Positions 13,996 to 25,419 of a DNA stretch of 58,870 bases are shown here, in pieces. This DNA comes from Aplysia californica (lineage: Eukaryota). The stretch covers positions 2,084,592 through 2,143,461 of the forward strand of contig NW_004797280.1 in assembly GCF_000002075.1 (NCBI RefSeq), read 5' to 3'. Position 1 is the stretch's first letter. Each line of letters opens with the position of its first letter. The notes below the pieces were generated by a model that saw only the letters and a list, made by a program, of their open reading frames with translations, was not told where the DNA came from and made no database searches. The position numbers and the translations under genes are program-made.

Positions 13996-16900
13996 ACCGT
14001 CCCTCTCCTTNNNNNNNNNNNNNNNNNNNNNNNNNNNNNNNNNNNNNNNNNNNNNNNNNNNNNNNNNNNNNNNNNNNNNNNNNNNNNNNNNNNNNNNNNN
14101 NNNNNNNNNNNNNNNNNNNNNNNNNNNNNNNNNNNNNNNNNNNNNNNNNNNNNNNNNNNNNNNNNNNNNNNNNNNNNNNNNNNNNNNNNNNNNNNNNNNN
14201 NNNNNNNNNNNNNNNNNNNNNNNNTCCCTCCCTTCTCCAATGATCCTTTTGTCATTGGGTTTTAGAAGTTGATAATGAAAGTGTTTTTCTTTTGCTCCTG
14301 TGTCCATGCAGTTGAAAGTTAAAGAATGTTCCACAAGCTTTATCTATGAAATTTATGTATAATGTACATTGACTGGCATGAAGCACACATTTTTATCGTT
14401 TACATTGTCTTTGCTCAGGGTTTACAAAGGCCGTGAAGGAACTGAAGAGACACCAAGAAATCTTAGAAGAAAGAGAAAGAGAGCTGGAAGCAACAAACGG
14501 GAAAGGGCTTGATGAAGAGGAGGAAGAAGAGGAAGATGAGGAGGATGAAGAAGAGATGGGAGAGCAGAAGGAGGAAGCTGAGGGAGAGCAAGAGGATGGA
14601 AGTGAGAAACACACAGAAGAGTCATTGGAGGAGGAAGAAGAGGAAGTCATCAGAAAGCATTCTCCTAAGAAAGCTGTGAGAAAGAAGCGAGACAGTTATG
14701 AGAGTAAGTTCATTGTATTGAGATAAAAATGCTGTTTCAAAAAGGGAAATTAATTTTTCTATAACCTTTCCACCCTCATGGCTTAATTACACAATCAGTG
14801 CAAATGCAGTGGTCTCTGTTTAAAGAGCCTAATTATCATGAGACACACAAATGACTTCTTAGGCGCATTTCAAGGGGCAAGGGCATTCCTGAACTCCTTC
14901 TGCTGGGTGTCTTGGTTACTTTTACTTCTCTTGTTTATTCAATGATGAAATACAAACCACAGGAGAAACTGACTCCCAAAAGAAGATAGAGAGGGTTTGG
15001 GTTTTGTTTTTTTCTTTCTTTCTTTTCATAAACATAAATATGTGTGCACAGATGTTTTTAGGTGTTGTGTGTTTTTGGGGAAGAAAGTGAGAATAAACGG
15101 ATTTATATTTTTAGAAAAGTTTTTAGGATTGGAAATTGCAGAGGAACATTTTTGCTACATGGGTTCGCAAGCTTTTGGGGAAGGCAACAAATAAGTATCT
15201 GCATAAATATTATGTCTGAATTCGAGGCTTTCATTTGTTTTTTTCTTATATGCTAAATTTCTAACCAGTTGATGTAGAAATTGTTTTAAAATTCTTTGGT
15301 TTCCTATTTATGCAAAAATAATATGAGAAGTGAATACAAAAAGACAGACAGTGTTGTTGCAGCCTGTGTCTATACTACTAATTGTAGCCCTGTAATTGAG
15401 TTAAATGCAGAATGGTACATTGACAATTTTTCCACACTACTGAATCTATGAAGGCGGGGGGGAGGGGGTTCTATTACTACATGACTCTGAAGTGACAAAA
15501 AAAACATGTCTTAAGTTGTTATATTACGAGCCTGAGGAAATATGGTACTGCGTGGTATTTTCATGATGGAGTAAACACCTTAAATTAAAACCTTCGGAAA
15601 ATTATTCTGTAGCATTTTGCTGTTCGTTAACACTTTCAAACTTAACTAGAATTATGAGGCATACTTGAAGGATAGTTGCTCTCTATTATTTCGTAAGGTG
15701 AAACAAATTGCAGTTTACTTTTATTGATGTTTTTTTCTCCTCCAGATCGCTCTAAAAAGTCTCAAAAAAGAAAGAGAGAGGATGTGGAGGATGAGGAGGA
15801 AGAAGAAGATGACTTTGAAAACAGAGAAGTTACTTCAACGAGTGTTGAAAAGAATGCAAGAAAACGTCAAAGAAACTCTGCAAAGGTAGGGCATTTTGTT
15901 ATGTTTTGAACTATGAAGATAGTGTACATGGGGCAATTATTTAAGACTGAAGAAAATCAAGCATGATTATTTAAGATTGAAGAAAATCAAACATGAGTAT
16001 TACTTTGAAACTGCCTTCAGGTGGTAGTAGTACAACCATAGGGAAGGTGTAATTCAACTTTTTTTGTGAAATGTATAGTGCATAGAGTATGGAAGAATAC
16101 ATGAGTAATGATTTATTTCCAGACTTTTTAAATTTTCATAAAAATAATTTGTGTCTTAACACTTTGCAGTCGCATAGTTGGCAGTACAAAATACCTCATG
16201 TGGTCACCCAGTCAGGAGAGTGACTGCAACGGACTTCTCGGGCCTGGTGCAGTGACTGGAACAGATAATTTTCACTCTCGCAGTATTGCGCCAAGTGACC
16301 GCAAAGTGTTGAATATTATGATTTTCTATTGAAATCTGTGCATCTAACGAGGAACTCTTGGGTTTTCAGAGATTAAACGCTGTTTTTGTTTCCACAGTAC
16401 AATAGTCAAGATGAACTACATACAGTCACTTCTAGCATGGATAAAGTGGCAAACAGTCCACCGGTTCCAATGACGACTACAGCCAGCCAAACACTTTCAC
16501 TAGTATGTATATCTCAAAGTTCTTCTTTCCCATATGCTGGTTTTACTGAATGGGAGTTCTTGTTGGTTTTCCTAGTTGTGTGTGAGTGGGTTGTAACTAT
16601 AATGCTGTGTGTGGAAAGTGCCTTTGGAAAGCAGGTTCATCGTCATATTTGCATCTTCAACTGCCAGTGCTTCATGAAAACGTTTTCATTGCCCTGTGTG
16701 CCACAGTCTAATTTTAAAAAATGTCACACTATTTGATTGAGTTGTGCTTCTTTTAGGTTATGTGCTTTGCAAAATCTTATGCTGAGAAAAGCACACTTGA
16801 AGGGTGGCCGTCCTTTTTAGCACTTTTCCAAATTGGAAAATAGAGAAAATCAGTTTTCAAGTTGGACATGATGGGTCTGTTTTTTTAATGAAAAAACAGC

Positions 16901-19900
16901 AGAGCTCATTTAAACTGCAATTTTTTTAAAGTCTTGACTGATTTCGTAGAATATAAGTGTCAAAGACATGGCGTCACTTTTCGCCTGATTCTGTTACCTT
17001 TAGTTAGCGTGACTCAGCAGCCCGCATGAGCTCCCCGGCTCGGGGTCACGGGGTTAATGAGCCCTGAAGTGACTTTGCTGCTGTCGGTTAAGAAGTTTGT
17101 ATTTTTGTCTTCGTTTGCAATGATATAACTATTCCCCATTCCACACAGCAAACCATTACGCGCATGTTCCAAAAGCTCAATGTCTTGAGATTTATTCTGC
17201 GTTAGAATGGTTAATTTATGTGCCTTAGTTTTTGTTCAAGATAAGTGTTTATAAAGTACCCAATTTGTCCTATTTTAGTTACATACTTATGAATAAATTA
17301 TTGTTTCTTTTAAAAAGGCACAACAGATCTGTCTAAAATCTGTGTTAAACTGACTACGAATATCATGTCTTTTACCATGAGAAATCTTAAATCTGCGCGA
17401 GTAGTAATAGTCAAGTTATAAGAGAAGAAAGATGCACATCTGCATTTTTTAACTAAAGACACTCAGCGTTGGCTCTTGTTCTACCATTAAACAAGAGAAA
17501 ATTACTCTGCGTTTGTTCATGAATCATGCTGTGTCTGTGGCAGCCTGCATACAACGTCAACTAAGAAAGATATATTATGGGATATTTTTAAAAAAGGCAA
17601 AAGTGTGTTAATACATGGGTAGAGATGAACTTCTTGTATGGAATAAAAATAACGACAGCTAACATTCATTCTTACTTTTTGTGTCGGACAAATGCGCGGA
17701 CGCTTATGAATGTAAAAAAATCTAAACATTGTCAGTTATTGCAAATGGTTATAGAAACGAAAATAGAAGCTGGAAAAGCCTGGTGCTGATTCAGTGTCAC
17801 TGGAAAGCTAGAAAGTATTCTTATAATGCAATCACAAGAAGTTATCCCTGTTTTTCAGTCAACTTACGAAACCTAGATCTAGCATTTTAAGAAAAATAAG
17901 GAATAATTTATGGAGTGTAACTGATAGCCTACTGTTCATGTATTGCATTGTTGTAGATGTATTCTGGCACTAAAATCGCTATGTACTTTTTCATCAAAGA
18001 GAGACATCAGGGTAATTTTGATAAACTTTAGAGAAATATGCGAAAATTTCCGATTATATCAGACACATAAAGTTGTATTTGGAGGAATTACTTCATTACG
18101 AGTTTTGTGCCAGATGTATAAAGTTGCAAAATTACAGCTTCCTTTTATACACGCAGATACCATCTTTTCTGAGTATCTGCACCAATGCTATGTCGTTCAT
18201 GTTCCAAAAGTTGGACAGTTTTTGTCATGCTTTTTATTTTATATTGGATATTTTTTCATTCACACTTGTACAAAAAAATTTTCAATTTAGCATTACCGAC
18301 TTCAGCGGGTCTAACGAAATAACCAGACAAGTTACACTGTCCATTGTTTTTTGGGTCTCAAGAGCAGAAATGCGTGCTTTGGATGCATTAAATGATAATT
18401 ACCATGCATAAAAGGATATACCTAAAACTGTACGTTGAAAAGTAACAAAAATGAAGTCAGCCGAGACAGAGCGGCGACAGGGAGCTGACCCCCGTGCCTC
18501 GTGACCCCGATGTGATAAGGCGCTCGGCGGGACCCCCCCCCCCCACAACTAAAATTCCACTGCCGGTGCGCCGTGAAGAATACGACAGAAAAAAGTGAAA
18601 GAGTGAAAGAATATTTTAGTTAATATGTGACATTATCGTGACAATTTTCAAACAGAAATTGATCAAACAAATACAAATGTCTATATTTAATTATTTGCTT
18701 TCCCCCTTATTCAAACTTAACTCACAATTTTGTCGAGCAACCAACATTTTGATTATTTTGACTAACTTTTTAGAATATATTTCTCTGCTTTTTTCCAGTC
18801 ATTTACTACTCCTTTACGTGAACGTGCACAATCAACCAGTCCATAAAACATATCAAGGCATCTTTGAAAATTTTGATTTAGGAAACATGTAAAAATTCCT
18901 GTTTGACTGAAATGCAGATGTGATCTTTAGATTGTTGTAACGTCTTTTGAAGACATAGTGTTTGTTTCTTCAGTTTTCCGGGCTGAAAGCTTAATTTTGT
19001 TTCATACTTTCTTCTTTTTTTTCTTTTTTGATTTCTACCCCTCACACCCCTCCCTCCCTGAAAAGAAACCATTCCGAAGATTTTGTGCCCCTTTTTTAAA
19101 GCATTTATTGTATTATGAAATTACATTGGGTTTTTTTCCCGTGTATGAAATGAAATAAGATTTGTGTTGACATCTGAATTCTGACTTCCCTCCCAGAGCT
19201 ACGAGGTTGCGTCAGTTCAGACAGACCCCATGGTAACGGACACAGAGCAGGACAAGGGCAGCAGCACAGAGGCTCCAGCTAGTGGACAGCAGAGTGAAGC
19301 AGCAGACTCCTCGGCCATGGAGGAGAGGATGGCAGAGGCCATGGCTCAGCTCACACGGAGGCTGGAAGAGAAGTTTGAGGAGGACAAAAAGGATGCTCTT
19401 AAAGAACTCTCTCAGAGGGTACGGAAGAGTATTTTTGTGTGTGTGGTGGTGGTGGTTGGGGGGGTGGTGTTGTAGTAAATTATTGAGATGAAGATATTGT
19501 AGTGCTCACTTGCTTCAGAAACATTCCTTTCTAATGATATGGGGGGGGGGGGGGGGATCTCTTTGTGTAGGACTAACCATTTTCTATCTACTGAAGCTTC
19601 TCAGCTGCTCTGAGAAATTTTTCTGCCTGCCTCACCATGCTTAGTACCTGTTACCTATGAGGTAATATATCCCAGTTTTGGTTTTGTAAAGATGTCAAAG
19701 TGAATTTATGCATGTGTCACAATGTGGTGGAATCAGCTCTTGCCAATTTTTGGACACATAGAGTAACAGGATGGGGGGGTGAGATGACAGAAAATTTTTA
19801 GAGAACAGGAAATGAGATGAAAGGAAAACATTTTCAGTTCGCTGTCAGGTTTCACACCAGGGTCCTATTGAATGAGAGACGAACATTGTACATCTAGACC

Positions 19901-22900
19901 ATATGAGCCCCCATAAGACAGATAAGATGCACTTTATTTAACCAATAGGCCTTTCTACAGTCAAAATTATCCATTGTCTATTGTGATGTCTTGGACATAT
20001 TTAAAAAATGAAAAATAAAAGGGGGAATGAAAAATGGAATATGTGCAGGTGATTGTTTTGGACAGCATGCCGTTAGAGCTAGTTCGACTGTACAGAGGTT
20101 TGTCTTGATGCAGTAGTGCTTTATATGCTAAAGCTGACATATTCTTTGGGTGAAATGTTCTATCACAGAAGGTTCAATGCTGAAGACTAAAAAGACTTGT
20201 TTGAAAACACCAATTTTTGTGTGTTAACAATTTGTGATGAAGTTTTCTTTTGGGTCTGATTTATAAATTTAGAGAAGAAGGCAAGAACCAGAAGATTTCA
20301 TGAGTCAGACGCCTTTGTTGTGTCAATAATTTTCAAATTTTTGGTCTTGATAAAATCCTTATGACCAGCATACTATTATTTTGTATTTGCTGCTGAGCTG
20401 GGAATTGTAGGCTGAAAGATAAAGAAAAATTTGACAAAACCATTAAGAAAGCCAGCAAGATCTCTGGATATGATTTTACTAGAATTGATGAACTGTATAA
20501 CACCACAAGTATAAAAAAGATAATAAGCATTTTGAACGACCCATCACACCCCCTCTCCACGCAAATTGTCAGATCACGCAGCGGCAGATATGTACCTCTA
20601 AAAACAAAGAAAGAAAGGTATAAAAGAAGTTTTTTACCATCTAGCATAGGCTATTGTCAGAATAAGCATAGATGTATTTTGCTCTTTAGAGTATGTATCT
20701 ATATAACTCCAAAGGTCTTGCAATTCCTGCATGTGGATGAATGATGCATCTGATGTGATATGTACATTTTGCCAGCTTTACTTCTCTTTTCATATTGAAT
20801 TTTAATGAGAGTAATATATAATTTAATTTTTTTTATTTATACCTGCATGTATTTTTACGGCCCTGTACAGCCAAGAAAAATTATCGTCTGGGATAATAAA
20901 GTATTATCTATCTTATCTTATCTTTTCTTATCTGATCTTTCTTATTGAAGGGGAAAAAATGAGGATGGTGAAAGAAGTAGAACATATTTGATTTAACTAT
21001 GGTCTATGGTTGTATTTTAAAAATTGTGAACCCTACTTTTTGTGTCTGGTGTCTCTAGTTAGAGGAGGACTTTGGAAAGGACAAGCAACAGGCTGTGGAG
21101 AGGACAATTGCCTCTATGAAGCTGGAGGTGGAAAAAGCTCGAAAGCAAGGAGAGGAAAACACCAGAGAGCAATATATGGAGGAGATGAAGAAACTGGCTG
21201 CTAAACACAAGGAAGCCATTTCTCAAGCCAAGAAGCAGCAATGGGTAAGTAATTAAACTGTACAGCATTGCCGCGCTTATTCTGTTCCTGTTTTTCTCTA
21301 ACTGTGAGTTTTTCTACCGGATGCTCTTGTATGTGTGTGTGTGTGTGTGGGGGGGGGGGGGGGTGTCTTTCCTTGCTTTACACATTAAAATTTTACAGAA
21401 CTCCCAAACAAAATTATTAGATATGTTTTTCACTTCTTTGTATGCTTTTTTTTTCTTGCGGAATGCAGAAATGTGATTACTATCAGCAAGAACTAGTTCA
21501 GTACTTCATGAAATTCTATTGCCGCCCAAGCTTGTTTATGTCATATAGAATGTTTAAAACCACTAATTTCTAGTGGGAATGATGTGTATAGTGTTGCATT
21601 CTGTATGAAGGCCAACTTACACAGATACGATAGTATTCTTGTAGTGAAGATGCTGTTTGTTGTAACAAACTTAATACTTTTGTGAAAGCTATTAAATGAG
21701 TGGTTCTTTATTCAGTGATATGTAGGCTAGGCTTGTCCCTTCCTGAAAATTCTCTGCTATTTTGGTGCTGTGAGGACAACACAGGTGGACATTACTCGTT
21801 TTCTTTTATTCCTGTTTCTCTGTCTTTCTTCTTTCCTTACTCTCTAAGTGACCATAATCAGTTTTCAGTGCTTATCTGTAACTCAAACATGTGAAAGTTT
21901 AGAAAATGAAATCTTCCAGATTATATGTTTCTTGTGCTGTCATATCATGTTCCTCCTTTTTGTATATGATGTCAACTGCCAATTTTTTCCTTGCTTATGG
22001 TCTTCCAGAGATGCCAACCAGTACGATTTTACGTATTTTAGTACCATTTTTTTCCGAAAATACGCGAATACGACTTTTCATGAAAAAATACGCATCCTGC
22101 AATGCGAAAAATAAATAAAAGATTCAGCTTGGGCAAGTAAACCTAATTGTCTGAAGTCCAAGTCCCATCTTTTGCCAAAATAGTTTCAGTATCGCGGAAC
22201 TGGAATACATGTATTTGAAAACCAAGTCCGATAAGGTCAGTAACTTCATTTTTGCCGGTCGCGATTGTGATATTATATTCGTTCACCTTTTCCCCGTCCA
22301 AGAGTACGTTTCACGCGAACAGGCAGCTATGGCGGCAGGCGGAAGTGTATGTGACACCAATGCTCGATCTGAAAAATGAAGACCTACTTTCACTTTCATT
22401 ACCACCGAGAAGTTTGCCTGCGGTAGTCTGATAATGCAACAATTGTGACATGCAGGTTGTGCAGTGTAAACGCTGTGTTGCTGTGCAAGTGAAATTTAAT
22501 CAACACTCGGACTCGTCTCTGTGCTGTCACGTGTGGGAAAGAAAGAAAAGAAAATACAAGCGTCGTCTGATTTTTAGATTGTCTGGCTCGTCATCATGAC
22601 TGGTCAAAGAACCTGCGCGCATTCGCATCATAAATAAATGCGACATTGTGTGAGCAAAGACTGTCTTTAGTGAGAGTAACTGCGTTGCGAAGTATAGGAC
22701 TACGGAATAGGGGAGGAGATTATATATTGATTTTTTTTATGATACACTCGGGGGGGGGGGGGGGGGCGAAGGCAATACCAGAGGACAAAAACTTGGAAGC
22801 AAATTTCAGAATTTTGATTAGAGCTTTCTGCAAAGCGCGCTTTGGTGCAGGCCGTGTGCGGAATCGGGACCATTACTTCTTTGCAAGTCTGTGTTATTGA

Positions 22901-23767
22901 AATAAAGTGTTCGCGTTTCATTGGATGGGTGATAGTAAATTATACCTACAGTGTATGTTGTAGCTTTCGGTTCAAGACTGGCAGATTTTCAGTGTCACTG
23001 CATCTTGCCCTCTCACAGTTGTTACACAACTCTCACAGTACACGGGTCTACTTTAGCCATTCAAGTTATTGCTCTTCTTTTAGTTTGAGCAATAATTTTA
23101 GTCTGTCAGTTCATAATATTAATATGAATCATGATACCCAGACTGGTTCTTGATAGTCGAAATTCTTGTTCTAGGCTCTTCCGAACGGTCAAAGCAGGAT
23201 TAATTTTTTATATATAATAATGAGGGGGAAATATTATAATAGTAAATAGACTGAAATACTTAAGTCAAACAAGACCCCAGTACGACACTGAACACTGACA
23301 TGTTGTTGACTGGATACATGTATAAATTGTAGTCTACGCGTGTGTGCTCCCTTTTTCGAGGTGATGGGTGGGTTTTTTAAAGTTTTTTCAGGAAATATTG
23401 CTGGACACCCTGAACATTTTACTAGTCGTTCGGTCGTTCGTGGGGAATACACATTTCCCCCTGAAAATACACATTTTCATATTTCCCAGTACTCATTTCA
23501 GTTTTCTGTGGTTGGCATCTCTGGTCTTCCAAGTTCCTGAAGTTTTTAATTATAGTATAGGTACTAGTAATGGTCAATCAGTCTTTTTTTAAACCCTTTG
23601 TGTCTGTGTGATTGCGCTTGCAGTGCCAGTCTTGTGAGAAAGAGGCCATCTACCACTGCTGCTGGAACACGTCATACTGCAGCACCAAATGCCAACAGGT
23701 TCACTGGCACAAAGAACACAAGCGAGTCTGTCGTCGCAAGCGTCCAGAGACATCATCCAACCATTAG
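821..23767 (+). CDS. ZMYND11: ZMYND11/BS69 orthologue (PHD-BROMO-PWWP-MYND chromatin reader), 5'-partial. Exons: 821-964, 7612-7692, 8132-8312, 8953-9011, 9808-9885, 10408-10526, 13386-13459, 14419-14703, 15746-15885, 16398-16502, 19197-19418, 21059-21244, 23624-23767
   Basis: 13 AG/GT-bounded exons join in one frame (1818 nt, 605 aa + TAG). [21 protein letters not shown] (PHD), [14 protein letters not shown] (PWWP) and [45 protein letters not shown] (MYND) closely match ZMYND11. Confidence 0.95.
3070..3306. mobile_element. piggyBac-like (TTAA) MITE
   Basis: Left tcaa|tcctatccgtacgcc, right gacgtacggataagg|ttaa; an extra internal right-end copy near 3200-3220. Confidence 0.55.
3536..4713. 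mobile_element. Non-autonomous hAT-type element with 8-bp TSD
   Basis: TIR TAGAGCT...AGCTCTA flanked by a perfect CCCAACAG duplication (3528-3535, 4714-4721); many GGCTTGC/GCAAG motifs inside. Confidence 0.75.
4902..5718. mobile_element. pogo/Tigger-type MITE, family A, copy 1
   Basis: TA|CAGTGAAACCTG...CAAGTTCGACTG|TA; homologous in inverted orientation to 41584-42328. Confidence 0.85.
6072..6663. mobile_element. Degenerate pogo-type MITE with a possible nested GGCCA-ended element (6202-6588)
   Basis: TA|CAGTCAAACC...TTTCGACTG|TA; internal ggccacattacaag...ctcatagtatggcc. Confidence 0.5.
7612..7692 (+). CDS. ZMYND11: ZMYND11 exon, start of bromodomain region
   Basis: cacag|GCC...AAG|gtgagt; [27 protein letters not shown], phase 0-0. 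Confidence 0.88.
8132..8312 (+). CDS. ZMYND11: ZMYND11 exon, bromodomain
   Basis: cacag|ACA...G|gttggt; ...[39 protein letters not shown]. Confidence 0.92.
8562..8732. mobile_element. Short TTAA MITE (CACTTTGC TIR family)
   Basis: TTAA|CACTTTGCCATC...GACGGCAAAGTG|TTAA; related copy at 48036-48161. Confidence 0.8.
8953..9011 (+). CDS. ZMYND11: ZMYND11 exon, bromodomain C-terminal helix
   Basis: cccag|AT...GAT|gtaagt; [20 protein letters not shown], phase fits neighbours. Confidence 0.88.
9102..9506. mobile_element. Degenerate pogo-type MITE (C[C/T]GTA-type ends)
   Basis: ta|ctataaag...ttataagctgcg and tgcggcttat...cattacag|ta. Confidence 0.45.
9808..9885 (+). CDS. ZMYND11: ZMYND11 exon, Zn knuckle between bromodomain and PWWP
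   Basis: ttcag|CTG...TGT|gtgagt; [26 protein letters not shown]. Confidence 0.93.
10408..10526 (+). CDS. ZMYND11: ZMYND11 exon, PWWP domain
   Basis: tctag|AAC...AG|gtgagt; [40 protein letters not shown]. Confidence 0.95.
11614..12360. repeat. Tandem duplication, 2 x about 380 bp, probably inside a TTAA element spanning about 10803-12428
   Basis: ccccttg...cggggt...tttactgtttacaaatgctcaaatcatcattctgga...atccatgcatttataagagagcagtgctcattt occurs at 11614 and 11994. Confidence 0.85.
12440..13310 (+). mobile_element. Decayed RTE-clade LINE fragment (reverse transcriptase, 3' part)
   Basis: Translates as [30 protein letters not shown] (degenerate NIRYADD motif); ends tggcactctgtgatgataat; many stops and frameshifts. 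Confidence 0.65.
13386..13459 (+). CDS. ZMYND11: ZMYND11 exon, PWWP C-terminal part
   Basis: ttcag|A GCT...G|gtaag; [24 protein letters not shown]. Confidence 0.9.
13940..14010. repeat. (CT)n microsatellite next to an assembly gap
   Basis: Directly visible. Confidence 0.9.
14011..14224. other. Assembly gap (N run)
   Basis: 214 N. Confidence 1.
14419..14703 (+). CDS. ZMYND11: ZMYND11 exon, PWWP last helix plus Glu-rich tract
   Basis: ctcag|GG...A|gtaagt; [19 protein letters not shown]...[15 protein letters not shown]... Confidence 0.9.
15746..15885 (+). CDS. ZMYND11: ZMYND11 exon, basic/acidic linker (NLS-like KRKR)
   Basis: tccag|AT...AAG|gtagg; [25 protein letters not shown]... Confidence 0.87.
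15936..15995. repeat. 30-bp tandem duplication
   Basis: attatttaaga(c/t)tgaagaaaatcaa(g/a)catg twice. Confidence 0.85.
16160..16308. mobile_element. Short TTAA MITE (CACTTTGC TIR)
   Basis: TTAA|CACTTTGCAGTC...GACCGCAAAGTG|TTGA. Confidence 0.7.
16398..16502 (+). CDS. ZMYND11: ZMYND11 exon, Ser/Thr-rich linker
   Basis: cacag|TAC...CTA|gtatgt; [17 protein letters not shown]...TASQTLSL. Confidence 0.8.
19197..19418 (+). CDS. ZMYND11: ZMYND11 exon, start of coiled coil
   Basis: cccag|AGC...AGG|gtacgg; [11 protein letters not shown]...[19 protein letters not shown]. Confidence 0.88.
19770..19912 (-). mobile_element. Degenerate tRNA-derived SINE head
   Basis: Reverse complement gggggctcatatggtctagatg...ctctcattcaatagg, similar to the head at 43597. 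Confidence 0.55.
20345..20930 (+). mobile_element. 5'-truncated Rex1/Babar-type LINE 3' end
   Basis: IKKASKISG...ILNDPSHPL...[22 protein letters not shown]; 3' tail aataaagtattatctatcttatcttatc. Confidence 0.75.
21059..21244 (+). CDS. ZMYND11: ZMYND11 exon, coiled coil before MYND
   Basis: tctag|TTA...TGG|gtaagt; [15 protein letters not shown]...[14 protein letters not shown]. Confidence 0.93.
22006..23523. mobile_element. Non-autonomous DNA transposon with CAGAGATGCCAACC TIR (hAT-like)
   Basis: Perfect 14-bp TIR; flanks GTCTTC/GTCTTC (6 bp), or GGTCTTCC (8 bp) if the terminal C/G are counted as target. Confidence 0.85.
23624..23767 (+). CDS. ZMYND11: ZMYND11 last coding exon, MYND zinc finger and stop
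   Basis: tgcag|TGC...TAG; [47 protein letters not shown]. Confidence 0.96.
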   Translation, partial: CQSCEKEAIYHCCWNTSYCSTKCQQVHWHKEHKRVCRRKRPETSSNH

Positions 23768-24983
23768 TCCACGTGTGTTCATAAGTAGGGGTTACTCATT
23801 TTGACCCAAACAGATTACTTAAGAAAAGTGGAGGAAAGGCTGGTGATGGATGGAAGATGGGAGTGGCCTTTCTTTTGAGGTTTTTCTTCCACTGTTGGTG
23901 ATAAGGATTAGGGATCGAGACTTCTATTTTTGTTGTATTGAAATAGTGGCTATTTTCATGTCGACCCTCCATAAACTCCAACTCTGCAATGTTCATATGA
24001 ATTTTTCTGAAAAATAAGTCAATTATCAAGCTCATGTGATGGTTCAGCTTGGAATGCTAATGATGATGAACTTCTAAAGGTGTTCATTATTTCTTTATGT
24101 GTCTATTCAACAGTTCCAGAAAATGAGGATGGATAACCAAATATTACCGTTTTATTTTGTGTGTGCATGTGGGGAGGGAGGGACTTTCACTGTGAGGAAG
24201 TTTATTATCTCATATTTTATTGATCCTCAGTGCCCACTTTCCATGTACTGAAGCAAATTATGGGTTACTTGGAAATTGTTGGGGGGAGTGTTTCGTTCAT
24301 ATTCTTTGTGGTTTTGTCATATGTTAGATGTTCTGACTCTGTAATCAGAACAAAATGGCTGTTCTGTGATTTGAACGGTAAGAGAAACATTTTATATATA
24401 TTGGCACAGTTATATTTTTTGCCTACAGTATTTTTTTTAGTGTGTGTGTGTTCACGATAGATGAAAGATGACTCCTAAAATTTCAGGAACAAATACAGTC
24501 AGTTCATGGATGCTTGGAAGATTTATTTCTGTACATCCTTGAGACTTGGGATCCCTAAAGTAGGATGAGGATATCATTTGTCTACTTTATGTTAATTAGC
24601 TCTTACTTTATAGATCTGTTACCTGTCAGTCATGTAAATTTTTTCCCTTCCAGCCTTTTTTCTGATAAGTTTTGTTTGGAACATGTATTTTATGAAGTTA
24701 CAATTGACAAGAGCCAAAATTTCCAAAGGGCTGAAAAGGGCAAGGTTCACTGTCTCTCTTTCCTGCTGTGTATTTCTTTAATGTATGTAATAATGTAAGG
24801 GAAAATAGTTGCTAGAGCTTTAATCTGTGGAAATACTTTGTTCTTAGCAGGGAAAAGCTAATTGAAAAACATAGTTACAAGTTTCACACTTTTCAGAGTT
24901 AATTTTATTTTCCATGTGGTATGCCTTAGGACCTATTGACCTTTTGATTTATGTGGGGGTTTTTTTATCTTGCAAAGAGTATA

Positions 24984-25419
24984 TGTGAGGCAGCGTGGTG
25001 GAATCAGGCTCTTGTCAATTTTTGGGCATGTAGAGTTATTGGTGTCATCTTAAAGCTTGTTTACTTGTCTTTATTTTGGTGAAAAAATATCCATATATCT
25101 TGAATACAAATCGAGATGTTTGCGAAAGAAGGAGGTGGGGGTCACATGTTTTCAGAGGTAAAATTAGTGAGAAAGTGGCCGCCAAAGAGTAGTTATTTCC
25201 TTAGCTTAAGAGTTCGCGATAACTGAAAATTTACATTTTTTGTGCCTTTAATCAACAGTTTTCAGAAAAATCCACACAGAAATGAGTTCTTTAATGGGCG
25301 AGAAAGGTGTTGAGCCAAAAAACGAAAATTTGATAAAAATTCACAAACCTGCGGAAAAATGCAAGTTTTTTCTCTTTGATTATTTTGACGAGAGCCTGAT
25401 TCCACCACGCTGCCTCACA
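24984..25419. mobile_element. MITE with 29-bp perfect TIR TGTGAGGCAGCGTGGTGGAATCAGGCTCT
   Basis: TIRs directly visible in AT-rich flanks; related inverted copy at 32834-33431 and a fragment near 19714. Confidence 0.88.

Noticed and set aside
13837-14334. ORFs of 126-142 aa (also 55416-55779)
   Set aside because: Artefacts of N runs and microsatellite.
14393-14650. Ser-rich minus-strand ORF
   Set aside because: Antisense shadow of the Glu-rich ZMYND11 exon.
821-23767. Assignment as ZMYND8/RACK7
   Set aside because: The compact size, the stop right after MYND, and the HDWYCFECH and [23 protein letters not shown] motifs fit ZMYND11.
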